64,000 nt of DNA. It comes from a virus. Its lineage: Duplodnaviria > Caudoviricetes. Position numbers and translations under genes: made by a program. This document shows, piece by piece, positions 10,153 through 20,613 of this stretch; position 1 is the stretch's first letter, and every line of letters begins with the position of its first letter. The notes under the pieces are model-generated. The model saw nothing but the letters and a program-made list of their open reading frames with translations, did not search any database and was not told where the DNA came from. The DNA is taken from positions 1 through 64,000 of the IMG/VR virus record IMGVR_UViG_3300014205_000214; one strand, written 5' to 3'.

Positions 10153-11052
10153 TTATTTTAAGTTTTCGACATATTTTTTCCCGTCTTTACTTAGAATTCT
10201 TCCACTAGTAATAATTTCAATAAGATTAAGTTTTAGTAAATAAGGTTCAATGATTTTACTAACAGATTCAACATCAACCTGTATTTTTGAAGCTATATTA
10301 GCTAGACTAATTCCGGATCTATTTTTATAAAGCGTTAATAAATAATTTCTGTCTTCAACCGTTAACCCGTTTTCATCAGTACCTTGTAAAGCTATTATTT
10401 CTTTAACTTTATCAGCATTAATAGATTTAAGTTTATTCCCTACCATAAACATATAAATGAATTCTGTTCTTGTTACCATAAGTCTTGGTATACCTCTGCA
10501 AGTCTTAGCAATTATAGTAGCTAATTTATCATTTAATTTAAAACCCCGTTCTTCACAGATACCTTTACAGACTAATACTAATTCATCTTCTGAATATTCT
10601 TCTAAAGCTGCAATATATCTAAAGCGATTTTTAAAAGGAATTTTTAAGCTTCCTGGATTAGTCGTTGCTCCAATAAATGTAACTTTTGGTATCTCTTCTC
10701 TATATCCGCTATTAAATACGCAATGTTCTTCAATAGCGGAATAAAGATTCTCTTGTATTTTATTTTTTAAAGCATGACACTCTTCAAGAAAAATTAAATC
10801 TTTATCACTAGCATCTGATATAACTTGATATATTTCTTTAAATGATGCACTAGAACAATCTAATGTATAAAGCTTGCTATTAATTTCTGATGCTATAACA
10901 TTAGCAATAGTTGTCTTTCCAAACCCACTAGGGGCCGTTAAAAGAAAGGAAGGTATTGGTAAATCCTTTTCATTAGAGAAATTAATCAGGGTTTTTATAA
11001 TAGCTTTAGCTTTCTTTTGCCCAACTATATCCTTAAGCTTTCCAACACGCAT
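10153..11052 (-). CDS. ruvB: RuvB-like Holliday junction branch-migration ATPase
   Basis: DIVGQ, APSGFGKTT, FLEECH, IGATT, NRF, CRGIPR, IEPYLLKLNLIE..SGR. Confidence 0.85.
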   Translation of the reverse strand: MRVGKLKDIVGQKKAKAIIKTLINFSNEKDLPIPSFLLTAPSGFGKTTIANVIASEINSKLYTLDCSSASFKEIYQVISDASDKDLIFLEECHALKNKIQENLYSAIEEHCVFNSGYREEIPKVTFIGATTNPGSLKIPFKNRFRYIAALEEYSEDELVLVCKGICEERGFKLNDKLATIIAKTCRGIPRLMVTRTEFIYMFMVGNKLKSINADKVKEIIALQGTDENGLTVEDRNYLLTLYKNRSGISLANIASKIQVDVESVSKIIEPYLLKLNLIEIITSGRILSKDGKKYVENLK

Positions 11053-11525
11053 TAATCAGTCCTCATTTAATCTACCCATTCACCATCTGCTCTTAGTACA
11101 TTAAGAATACGATTAGTAGCAATTTTAGTAGCAAGCTTCCTATTAAATTGATCTTTATCAGAACAAATAGATTCTGCAAAATATTCTTTACCACTAGGAG
11201 TAGTTACTTCAACAGTAGTAAAACCACCCTTTGGCAAAGCATATCTTAAACTAGGAGATTCGTGACTTGGTAATTCTACAATATCTGCTGCAACAAAATC
11301 TGTTCTCATTAACGATGGAACGTTTAAACTAGTAAGTAGCTTAAGCTTATTTTCCCAGCTAATATATCGTCGGTAATGAGTTACCTTGACGCCAAAGTTG
11401 CGGTCACGAAGTTTTTGGACTAGATTTAAATTTTTCATACTGATCTCCTAAAAATTTTCCAACGAATTGTTAATAACTTATCAAACACGAAAACTATCAA
11501 GGCTATACAGCCTAGCACTTCCAGC

Positions 11526-11553
11526 ATTATAGCACGCCTTTAAATTTTGTCAA
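11526..11553 (-). promoter_or_regulatory. sigma70-type promoter
   Basis: TTGACA-N16-TATAAT. Confidence 0.75.
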
Positions 11554-11557
11554 TTAA

Positions 11558-11941
11558 TTATTCTACAAATTCTATTAATTTAACAGCGTCACAAAATACA
11601 GTATTATTAGGGATATTACGCGATAATAAATATGTAAACCTCTTTTTTTGTTTTTTAAGTCTTAAAACATCTAATAAATCTTCTTTCATACCTTTACCGG
11701 TTTCTACAAAAATCCCATCTTCTGAAGGGTTTAAAATTTCACATTTAAAAATCTTTATTCCCCAGCTACATCTAAATAACCTAGCACTTGAAAGATCTGA
11801 GAACACCATTAATTTAGAACCTAAAATATTTGGATAAACAAATTGATTAATTTTATATTTTACAACAATATCTTCGGTATTAAAATATAAATTACTAATA
11901 TATGCAGAACTTAAATCACTGTTTAATACTTTATAATACAT
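11558..11941 (-). CDS. hypothetical protein, YYKV paralog family
   Basis: Clear similarity to 11951..12340 and 17696..18076. Confidence 0.7.
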   Translation of the reverse strand: MYYKVLNSDLSSAYISNLYFNTEDIVVKYKINQFVYPNILGSKLMVFSDLSSARLFRCSWGIKIFKCEILNPSEDGIFVETGKGMKEDLLDVLRLKKQKKRFTYLLSRNIPNNTVFCDAVKLIEFVE

Positions 11942-11950
11942 ATCTTCCCT

Positions 11951-12340
11951 TTATACCCTTTTAATAAGTTTAACAGATTTACAAAATACTGTTCCTTGCG
12001 GAGGAGTTAAACATCTATTCATAAATTTACTCTTTTTCTTTTTTAGATTAAGAATTTGTACAAGACTTTCTCTGAAACGATGCATGGAGGTATTAACGAA
12101 AATTCCTGTTTTTCTTGGATATTTAACTTCGCATTCATAAATATAAGTACCCCACATATTATCCCATGACCAAGTTTTAGCGTCTAAATGGGATTTAAAA
12201 ACCATTAAATAGGTTCCTTCAATAACTGGTTCAACCCATTCACCTTCTTTATAAATTACTTTAGCAAAGTGCATTGGTTTACGATCACTACTACCGACAT
12301 AAGCAGAACTCATATCACTATTAACAACTTTATAATACAT
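11951..12340 (-). CDS. hypothetical protein, YYKV paralog family
   Basis: MYYKVVNSDMSSAY...VFCKSVKL; tandem paralog of 11558..11941. Confidence 0.7.
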   Translation of the reverse strand: MYYKVVNSDMSSAYVGSSDRKPMHFAKVIYKEGEWVEPVIEGTYLMVFKSHLDAKTWSWDNMWGTYIYECEVKYPRKTGIFVNTSMHRFRESLVQILNLKKKKSKFMNRCLTPPQGTVFCKSVKLIKRV

Positions 12341-12349
12341 GTTATTTCC

Positions 12350-13027
12350 TTATAAAACAAAACCGGTTAAATCTTTTTTACCACGACCTTTTGGGGTTAA
12401 CCCAATAATTCTATTCTTAGGATCTAAAAATCTTAAATCTGTTTTATCTCCGTTATAAACTATGGTATCTAAATATCTTCGCGGTCTTTTGTTGAAAACT
12501 ACAGCAACATTACCACCCAATTTAACAATTTCGTCAACCTTTTTCTGGTTTGATTCACTTCTAGAGAAAGTTAAATGATAATTTTTAGGTAGTTTACCCT
12601 CAAGAAACTGTCTCATTTTACTAGCAACTTTAGTATAGTCATAATACTGAATATCTAAGTTGAAAATATCTGGACATAGAATATACCAATCTAAGTCACT
12701 TGTCCCATTTAACCTAGCGGCAGGCTTTAGACCGTTTTTCTTACAACTAGTCATAAATGATACAAGTTCTTTATATAACTGAGCTTTTGCTTCTAGTGGT
12801 TGCTCGAAAAAGAATTTTGTTTTATTAACTCTGGCGATTTGAACACTATTCATTTTTCCTCTACCAGAAGTATTTAAACAAGCAATTGTACAACCTTTAC
12901 TCCTGCCTCTACAAGTTTCATATCCAGATAAATTTGCTGGAGCTAGGTGCAAAATAGCGGTCTTAAAGACTCCTAATTTATCACCTTTAGCAACTTTATA
13001 ATTGCCACCAATATTTAATAGTTTCAT
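12350..13027 (-). CDS. phage GP88-like protein
   Basis: LHLAPA..SG..TC...SKGC..ACLNTSGRG, RLNGTSD, YYDYTK, YHLTFS, GDKTDLRFLDP. Confidence 0.75.
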   Translation of the reverse strand: MKLLNIGGNYKVAKGDKLGVFKTAILHLAPANLSGYETCRGRSKGCTIACLNTSGRGKMNSVQIARVNKTKFFFEQPLEAKAQLYKELVSFMTSCKKNGLKPAARLNGTSDLDWYILCPDIFNLDIQYYDYTKVASKMRQFLEGKLPKNYHLTFSRSESNQKKVDEIVKLGGNVAVVFNKRPRRYLDTIVYNGDKTDLRFLDPKNRIIGLTPKGRGKKDLTGFVL

Positions 13028-13051
13028 AACGAGTCCTTTTGGGTAGCTTTT

Positions 13052-13079
13052 ATTATAAGCCAGAGTTAATCTTTGTCAA
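13052..13079 (-). promoter_or_regulatory. sigma70-type promoter (-35 inside last codons LDK of upstream ORF)
   Basis: TTGACA-N16-TATAAT. Confidence 0.8.
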
Positions 13080-13332
13080 GCTTTTTATTAAAGCTATTTC
13101 CGAAATTATAACAATATAAAATAATATTAGTGATAATATATACTGGTAAAGCAACTATTATTAGTGCTAGTATTATCAAAGGCCAAAAAAAGAAAAGAAA
13201 AAGATATGTTGAAATCATAGAATCTTCTTCTGTGTCTTGATACCACTCAATTTTATAAAATCCATCAAAAAATCCTAAAATACATACTAGAATAATACTA
13301 ATAGTAAAATATAAAACGGGATATAATATCAT
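13066..13332 (-). CDS. small membrane protein
   Basis: Two hydrophobic stretches. Confidence 0.6.
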   Translation of the reverse strand: MILYPVLYFTISIILVCILGFFDGFYKIEWYQDTEEDSMISTYLFLFFFWPLIILALIIVALPVYIITNIILYCYNFGNSFNKKLDKD

Positions 13333-13351
13333 TGTAATAGCTTTCTAATTA

Positions 13352-13666
13352 TTAAGCTTTAATTTTATCGAGAGCTTCTTGTAAATCTTTTACTATTGAA
13401 TGTGGAAATAATTGACAGCCAACCTTAATATTATCCTTAGTAACTTCAGCGGTATATTCATTATTTAATACTACTGTAAATTTAGGATTATTAAAATCTA
13501 AATACTCTTTTTCTGTAATTTCTTTTATATTTTTAACATTTGTGACATGTATACTGTTTACGGTATATTTACGGCCCGCAAAAAACCCATCTATAAAATA
13601 TAGACTACAATTTTTAAATTCAATATTCTTGCAAACAAAATCGTCATTAATTTTATAATATTTCAT
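13352..13666 (-). CDS. hypothetical protein with shared C-terminal VGCQxF module
   Basis: C-terminus VLNNEYTAEVTKDNIKVGCQLF matches 38689..39249 and 42970..43359; frame extends upstream to 13888 across one TAA. Confidence 0.65.
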   Translation of the reverse strand: MKYYKINDDFVCKNIEFKNCSLYFIDGFFAGRKYTVNSIHVTNVKNIKEITEKEYLDFNNPKFTVVLNNEYTAEVTKDNIKVGCQLFPHSIVKDLQEALDKIKA

Positions 13667-13880
13667 AATATTTTCCCAATAAACCTGTTCTTTATTATCA
13701 TCATTTTCAAAGTTATACCACGAAGCTCTTAAAATCTTTTTTGGATTTGTTATATTTAAATAATTGTATGTTCCATCATGTCTTAATAAAAATTCTTGTT
13801 ATCTTTCTATAGATTCTCCAGATATTTTGCTTACATTTGAAATTAAAGTATCTAAAGATAGATTATCAACATAAACATAT

Positions 13881-14768
13881 TTATTCATTAAGAATTTTCC
13901 TTATTTGTTCCAACATTTGTTTTTCTTTATTTGGATTAACGAAACAGTTTTCAAGAGTTCTATAATGATGTTCCAAACAGTCAATAAGTAATTGTCTTAC
14001 TTCATCTTTTGCTGGAACTTGTCTTATTGTACTTTCTCGATAAAGTTTTTCAAGTGTTAATTGTTTTTCTGAGAACCAATTTCTAATATCTTTTTCAGAA
14101 ATTTCGCCGCGACGAATTGCTTTAAGATGTTCTCTATGTCTTTGTAAATCCATAGAACCTTCTGTTAATAACATTTCACACTCATAAGCTAATCTTACTA
14201 AGTGCATTGCATATTTAACATCAAATCCGAATTTATCAAATATTTCTTTTCTATTACCTTCTCGTTTTTGAGAAGCCATTTTATGAAGTTGGGATACGGC
14301 GTATCTAATCATTTTTTGATAACATCCTTTATGAATAAACAAATCTCTACTTTCTCTAACCATACTACCTACAGAATTTATGTAGATAACACAGTTTTGA
14401 GGAACATAGAGAGTATCTAACATATTAGGATTGTTCTCTAAACAAAGCTTAAAGTATTTAATAATAGAATACATCGTTAAATCGTATTCTACATCTTTAC
14501 CTTTATTAGATTTCTTATCTAGGATATGATGCTCTTGAAATTGTTCAAAGACCTTTATATCGTCAAACCCAGGAATTGACCCTTTTAAGTTGGGAAATAC
14601 ATCTTCTTTTCTAGGAATAGCAAAACCTAAAACGTCAATATCTGAAGTCTTGTTTGAAACTCCATAAGCAACGCTTCCAACCATCACTTCATACATAACA
14701 TTAGAGGATAACCAGTCAGGCGGACTAATTAGCCTCTTATTAATTAATTGAGTTGTTATTGAAGCCAT
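13881..14768 (-). CDS. DNA polymerase beta-superfamily nucleotidyltransferase (phage type)
   Basis: VGSVAYGVSNKTSDIDVLG, NNPNMLDTLY, KYAMHLVRL. Confidence 0.8.
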   Translation of the reverse strand: MASITTQLINKRLISPPDWLSSNVMYEVMVGSVAYGVSNKTSDIDVLGFAIPRKEDVFPNLKGSIPGFDDIKVFEQFQEHHILDKKSNKGKDVEYDLTMYSIIKYFKLCLENNPNMLDTLYVPQNCVIYINSVGSMVRESRDLFIHKGCYQKMIRYAVSQLHKMASQKREGNRKEIFDKFGFDVKYAMHLVRLAYECEMLLTEGSMDLQRHREHLKAIRRGEISEKDIRNWFSEKQLTLEKLYRESTIRQVPAKDEVRQLLIDCLEHHYRTLENCFVNPNKEKQMLEQIRKILNE

Positions 14769-15227
14769 TTTACTCCTATTTTAAAAGTGACTTATTGAAA
14801 TACTCATGAACCTTTTTATCTAATTCGGCTAGAATCTCTTTATTCTTTTCCATAAACAAGATTACTTCATTAAATTCCTGCTCTGATAAACAGATATTAT
14901 ACAATAAACAAGGAATCCTAACAAAGTTCTTATTTTGTTCATCAATAGAAATAGATCCAATAAGACTTTTAAAATTAACTAGATCATCTATTCTAAGATG
15001 AATTGGTCCAATATCTGTATATTCAAGCTCATAAACAATTTTAAAATTTGGAGAAGAATAAAGTAAACCCTTTTCTTCTTCTTGTATTGTAACATCTTCT
15101 TGATATTTGTCAATTAGATAATTTTTAACAACTTCTGCAACTTCTAAATTAGAACAATGATGTTGTTTAATATTAGATTCTTTAACTGGCTTTACAATAA
15201 ACATAATACAATCCCTTAAGATTAATT

Positions 15228-16511
15228 TTAATTTTCCTCATCTAATTCTCCTTGTTGTGATTCTAAGTCTTCAATACCAGCGTCTAAATCTTTAGATTCT
15301 TTTTCCAAAAACTTAAATGACTTCAGTTTAAAAGCAATTTTATTTTTAGATTCATTTCTAAAGCAAACCCCTTCGGAAAAAACTTTGTTTACGCAAAACT
15401 CACAATCTTTTTCAAGATACTTCTCTTTTAATTGTTCTAAAGTGAAATTAACTGGACCATAATAATACTCTGGAACATGTAAAATACTATGATGAACACA
15501 CCAGTTTTTAATACTAGCCCAATCCCATTCAAAAACGTCTCCGTTAGTATTAGTGCTAGTAATTCTATATATTAGAAACTTATATTGCCCTTCTTTACAG
15601 CCATAATCATAATCCTTTTGAACCATTCCACCACTTGGTAAGTATCCTACAATTTCTCCATAAACAGACATTCCGTTTTGAAGATGCTCTTTAATATCAT
15701 TGTGAACCAACTTCCAAATATCTTCTTTATAATAGTGCTCGTTAGAGTTTTCTTTTTCCCCAACAGCTTTAATTACTTTACGAGAAGAATAAACATAATC
15801 ATATACTGTTTCTTGGACTTTACAACCTAAAAACTTAGTTATTTTTTCTAATAGAGAAAGTTTACGATTTACAAGTAGTTTGGAAGATACAAAACTTGTA
15901 CCATGCCATTTGCTTGTAATTACACAAATATCATCTTTTTCAAGCATATAATCATGTACTGCCAACTTAGCAGTATCATAGTGTAACCTGAACTGATTCT
16001 CAACAAGATTTAAAGCTTTTCTCTTTTTCTTATTAGATCCTGGTCCTTGATTAGCATGAATATGGCGAATAACATATTTCTTACAGATTTGAAAATCTCC
16101 ATAAGAATCAAAGACTTGACCAATTTCGTAAGTTAAATCTTTGTTAAACTTATCTTTAATAAATTCTTGTAAAGCTTCTATTCTTAAAAGAAAGCCTTCT
16201 GATGGTGCTCCGCGTAATTTCAATGCTTTTACGCGACCCTTTAGTTCAAAGAATCCAGTAGCACTTTTATTTTGGTTATATTCAGACTTACGGAATAAAG
16301 ATAGGTAAGAAATTAATTCGCTAGAAATTTGAGATTCTAGTGGAAAAAATATACAAATATCACCTTCTTTATAATCTGAACTAGTCCAGACATTACATCC
16401 TTGAACGGTCCACCCAATAAGCCTATCTGCGTTAGGATGCTTTATTTGCTTATTTAAAGAAACTACTTGAGCAGAATAATTCAGATTGCAATTTTTAGAC
16501 TGGTTTAACAT
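15228..16511 (-). CDS. RNA ligase, Rnl2 family with N-terminal OB domain
   Basis: KHPNADRL, RVKALKLRGAPSEG, TSKWHGTS (motif I), YGEIVG, EGVCFR, FKLKS. Confidence 0.85.
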   Translation of the reverse strand: MLNQSKNCNLNYSAQVVSLNKQIKHPNADRLIGWTVQGCNVWTSSDYKEGDICIFFPLESQISSELISYLSLFRKSEYNQNKSATGFFELKGRVKALKLRGAPSEGFLLRIEALQEFIKDKFNKDLTYEIGQVFDSYGDFQICKKYVIRHIHANQGPGSNKKKRKALNLVENQFRLHYDTAKLAVHDYMLEKDDICVITSKWHGTSFVSSKLLVNRKLSLLEKITKFLGCKVQETVYDYVYSSRKVIKAVGEKENSNEHYYKEDIWKLVHNDIKEHLQNGMSVYGEIVGYLPSGGMVQKDYDYGCKEGQYKFLIYRITSTNTNGDVFEWDWASIKNWCVHHSILHVPEYYYGPVNFTLEQLKEKYLEKDCEFCVNKVFSEGVCFRNESKNKIAFKLKSFKFLEKESKDLDAGIEDLESQQGELDEEN

Positions 16512-17099
16512 AATATTCTTTTAACCTTTGTTTATCTTCTTCAATCCAAGTATCAATTTCTTCTTGTTTAAAGTTTTCTAACTTAACAAGCTCTTTCTTT
16601 TCTATTCTTAATGTCTTTTGTAAGTTTTTAATTTCGTTTTTAACCTTCTCAATTTTAGACAACTTATTATTATAAGTATCGTGGTTTTTAGAATTTAAAA
16701 GACTAATTAAAGTTTTACAATTTAAAGAATAAACCACGTCAGCTTTAATAGAATTATTTTTTCCATAAAATGGTATAATACCAGAGTCTTTCAATAATAA
16801 AATTAAAACAGTTTTATTTAATACCGTTTGATCAAGAACTTCTACTTTCTTGATTTTGTTATTACTATAAGCATAGATAAAGTCAAGTTTTGGAAAATTA
16901 TTAAAGTCTTTTTTGCTCATTTTCAATCTTTTTTCTAAGTTTAGTTAATGCTTCTTTAGGAGTTTTACCATAACAATAGAATTTAATAATTTTACTATCA
17001 GCAGCTTTAGCAATCCATTCTCTACCGCCCTCATAATCACAATGGATTAAATGAATATTAAAATCCCAAAACTTTGATAAGTCAACTATATAATCTGAA

Positions 17100-17474
17100 T
17101 TATTCATTTTTAGCATACTCTCCAAAAAATTCTAATTCATAAACATCTTTAAAAAGTCTTTTAAGCTTCTGTTCTTTTTGCTTTGGAGTTGTTTCTTGAT
17201 TGTCGTTAATCAGAACGGCTTCTTTTGCAAGATCAGTATTAACTAATCCACTATTACTTCTGACAGAAAGATGTTTAACAACAAATGTTAATTCATAAGG
17301 CATTCCACAACTATGTAGATCGTTAACTTTACAATGAGAAACTTGTTGAGCTATGAATCCTAAACAACATTTATAACCATCACTATTAATTAATAATGTA
17401 GGACCAATTCCGGTTTTATTATCTGAATACTTACCAGTTCGCCACTTAGCCCTATTAATTCTAATCTTTTTCAT
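17100..17474 (-). CDS. hypothetical protein (CCLG family, similar to 46938..47345)
   Basis: KW..G.....LL.....KCCLG pattern. Confidence 0.55.
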   Translation of the reverse strand: MKKIRINRAKWRTGKYSDNKTGIGPTLLINSDGYKCCLGFIAQQVSHCKVNDLHSCGMPYELTFVVKHLSVRSNSGLVNTDLAKEAVLINDNQETTPKQKEQKLKRLFKDVYELEFFGEYAKNE

Positions 17475-17695
17475 TGTTTTTCCTTAAAATAATCTTTGTT
17501 GAAGACTTGTGTTTTATCTTGAAACCTCTATACCAATTAGAAGGATCTTTAATTATCTCTTCATTTCTGATAAGAGTAACATTATAATCTGGTAGGTCTA
17601 CTGCTCTAAGTATATCAGAGTAATTTAAATTGTCAATAACAAACTCTAGAATATTATTTTCTATGTTAGACAGAATAAGTTCTTTAAGGTTCATT

Positions 17696-18076
17696 TTAAT
17701 AATAGCATACTTTTTGTGTTAATTTAATAGAGTCACAAAAAACATAACTAGCCTTATCAAGTAAGTGAGTAAATTTCTTTTTAGATTTTTTAAGTTTGCT
17801 AATTTTTTTAATAAAATCAAGAACATTATATGTATCTATATTACCTTTTAATAAGAATATAGGTATACTTTTTGTTTTAATAACTTCGCATTCCCAAATT
17901 TCACCATTCCAATTATCGGACCATCTTTTCGCTTCTATTAAACTATCAAGACAAATTAATTGAGTTCCTTCTAAAGGTTTAGTCCATTCATCAACTTTAT
18001 ATTCTACACCAATTGCTGGATGAACTAAAGGGAAAAGTTTACCACCATGATTTTGAACAACTTTATAATACTTCAT
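17696..18076 (-). CDS. hypothetical protein, YYKV paralog family
   Basis: MKYYKVV...IWECEV...YVFCDSIKL. Confidence 0.7.
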   Translation of the reverse strand: MKYYKVVQNHGGKLFPLVHPAIGVEYKVDEWTKPLEGTQLICLDSLIEAKRWSDNWNGEIWECEVIKTKSIPIFLLKGNIDTYNVLDFIKKISKLKKSKKKFTHLLDKASYVFCDSIKLTQKVCYY

Positions 18077-19498
18077 TTAGTCTACTCCGAATTTCTGAAA
18101 GGTTTGTTTCTCTCACCATTCTACCATCAACGAATACTTCTGTCAATAATCCCGTTTGTTCTTTTTCTGAAGAAACTTGATCTTCTACGAATAGTTCTCC
18201 ATTCTTTTCTCCGACATAGAGTAGACCTTTAAGGGATTTCTTTTTATGGTCTGTAACTGGATCTTTAAAAATTTCAGTTGGTAAACCATTCTTTTCTACC
18301 CAAACTGCTTTTATAGCTGCTCCAAGAGCGTCTCTACTGTAATTCCTAAGAATACCACCAACTCCAATCACAAGGTTTTCAGCAGAATATCCCATAGACA
18401 TTAATCGTCTTTGTGTTCTTTCGTATTTTTCATAGTACATCCCGTCACCATATATTAACCCGACAGATTCGTTTAATACTTTATAGCCTTTAGAATTAAT
18501 AGTATGACCAAAAACTTTATCTAATAATCTTAAACAACCTAACCATTGCGGAGAATTTAATTCCATATTTTCGTCGCCACAAATAACCGTTTCTTGGTCA
18601 CCACTATCTGGTCTAAATACAGTTTTACCTTTTCTAGCTAAAATTTTATCTTTAAGTCTAACAGTATATTCTGAAAATACTTTATAAACATCGTATTGAT
18701 CGGAAACAATACTAACTATTCCTTCTGGATAAACATTAAGCATATTTTCAAAATAATCAAACTCATTGTCTTTACCAAAGGAACAAGCTACTGAATGTTC
18801 CGATGCCGGGACAGATAACATAATTGGCTTACTAGTATCTGCATAATAATTTTTAATAGCTAATCCCAAAGCTGGTACAGTATCACTACCAGTAAAATTT
18901 AATAAATGAGATACACCAGATAAAGCCGCACCTTCTTCTGAAGAATCTCCGCGAAATCCGAAGTCGTGTACCATAAAATCTTTTAGAAAAAACTTATCTT
19001 CGTCAACAGATTCTTCAAAAAGCTTATTAACTAATTGTCTATACTTATATGAAGCCGTAGCTACAGTATTTAATACCAAATTTTTAAAAGTAAAGACTCA
19101 ACCATTCCAACAACCCAATGATATTCTGGAATTGTATTAGTAATAGTAAATAATGGTACGCCTTTAGTGGTTACTAACCCTTCTGGCAATGACTTAATTT
19201 TTAAAGGAAAATACCCAAGATTACATAGATTATTAATTTTTTCTACCACGCCTTTTTCTGGTTTTCCAAGAATTAAAGATCTATGATAAAGAAATTCCTC
19301 TCCCATTTCTTTTGTAATCTTAGTAGAAAGATATTCTTGGAGATAGTATTGTAGCCCAAAGAATATATGTTTATCAAAATATTTATCAGACCTATTACAA
19401 AAATAGCTTGAAACAAAAGTTGTTCCAGGAGCATATTGTGACATGTGGCCCATTTTATATACATCTAGGGCTAAAAGTGGATTGTTTTTAGTTATCAT
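18063..19498 (-). CDS. nadV: nicotinamide phosphoribosyltransferase-family protein (Nampt/Namat), split by a -1 frameshift near 19070-19088
   Basis: N-part 19070..19498 (LDVYKMGH, FFGLQY, IKSLPEG, ESLLLKIWY) and C-part 18063..19079 (TVAT, HDFGFRG, GSDTVP, PASEHSV, SIVSDQYD, FRPDSGD, YGDG, KKKSLKG) are colinear halves of one enzyme. Confidence 0.85.
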
Positions 19499-19524
19499 AA
19501 ACTATCTCCGGTTTTAGAAAAAAA

Positions 19525-19534
19525 GAGTATTTAT
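19525..19534 (+). promoter_or_regulatory. GAGTATTTAT motif, upstream of endonuclease 19578
   Basis: 44 nt before GTG start. Confidence 0.65.
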
Positions 19535-19577
19535 ATATACACCCTAATATTATAATACACATACAAGGATAATACAA

Positions 19578-20561
19578 GTGAATAAAAAAGAAAGATTTAA
19601 TTTATTTTTAAAAAGGGCAAATGAAAAACATGGTGATAGATTTGATTATTCTCTGGTTGAATATAAGACTCAAAAAGATCATATTAAAATCATATGTAAA
19701 AAACACGGAATTTTTCAACAAACACCTGATAAACATCTTCAATCTAAGTATTGTTGCGATAAATGCTCTAATTTAAATAAAGGTACATACGACAGATCTA
19801 ATATTAAAAAAATAAGTAAGTACAATTTGCAATACAGTAAAGAGTGTTTATTAAAAAAATTTAAAGATAGATTTACTTATGATTTTTCAAAATTTAATAA
19901 TACGCATGACGGTATTGTTATATGTCGTTGTAATATACATGGAATTTTTGAGCAAAGTTTAAAACGGTTACTTTTTCATAATAATAAAAGTGGTTGTATA
20001 AAATGTGCTAATAAAAAAAGATCTGAATCAAAAACTAAAAACTATCAAAATTTTATTAATAAAGCAAATACTATTTATGATAACCTATATGAATATCCAT
20101 ATAACGACTACTTTAATAGGAAAAGTATTATAACTATAATTTGTAAAAAACATGGAGAATTTCAAAAAAGAGCACAAAAACATTTATCTGGTCAAGGATG
20201 CTTTAAATGCTGTATTGAAAAACTCATAGAAGAAAATAAATTACCTGGAGGATATTGTGAGCAAAATTTTAAAAATAATGAAAAACTAAAAAATAAAAAT
20301 GGTTGTTTATATTATTTTAAAGTGGGAAATCTTTATAAGATTGGTATTACTACTAACTTAGATAAGCGAATAGAATCTATTAAATATAAATCTAAAAAAC
20401 AAATTATAAAAATATTTCTTAAAAACGACACATTATATGACTGCTATATTTTAGAACAGGAAATATTACAAAAGTTTAACTACTGTAGGGTATATAGATC
20501 TTGGAGTACCGAGCTATTTAATGAAAACATATTTCTAAATAAAAATTTGTGGAAATATTAA
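19578..20561 (+). CDS. putative homing endonuclease: three Zn-binding repeats plus C-terminal GIY-YIG-like (T5orf172/MUG113-type) domain
   Basis: Repeats of F...A...HG..FDYS...I.IICKKHG.F.Q...HL....C..C; C-terminal LYYFKVGNLYKIGITTNLDKRI; antisense to flanking operon. Confidence 0.75.
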   Translation: MNKKERFNLFLKRANEKHGDRFDYSLVEYKTQKDHIKIICKKHGIFQQTPDKHLQSKYCCDKCSNLNKGTYDRSNIKKISKYNLQYSKECLLKKFKDRFTYDFSKFNNTHDGIVICRCNIHGIFEQSLKRLLFHNNKSGCIKCANKKRSESKTKNYQNFINKANTIYDNLYEYPYNDYFNRKSIITIICKKHGEFQKRAQKHLSGQGCFKCCIEKLIEENKLPGGYCEQNFKNNEKLKNKNGCLYYFKVGNLYKIGITTNLDKRIESIKYKSKKQIIKIFLKNDTLYDCYILEQEILQKFNYCRVYRSWSTELFNENIFLNKNLWKY

Positions 20562-20613
20562 AATTTCTCTCCTGTTTTCTTATGAATACTACATATAATT
20601 AATCGGGAATAAT

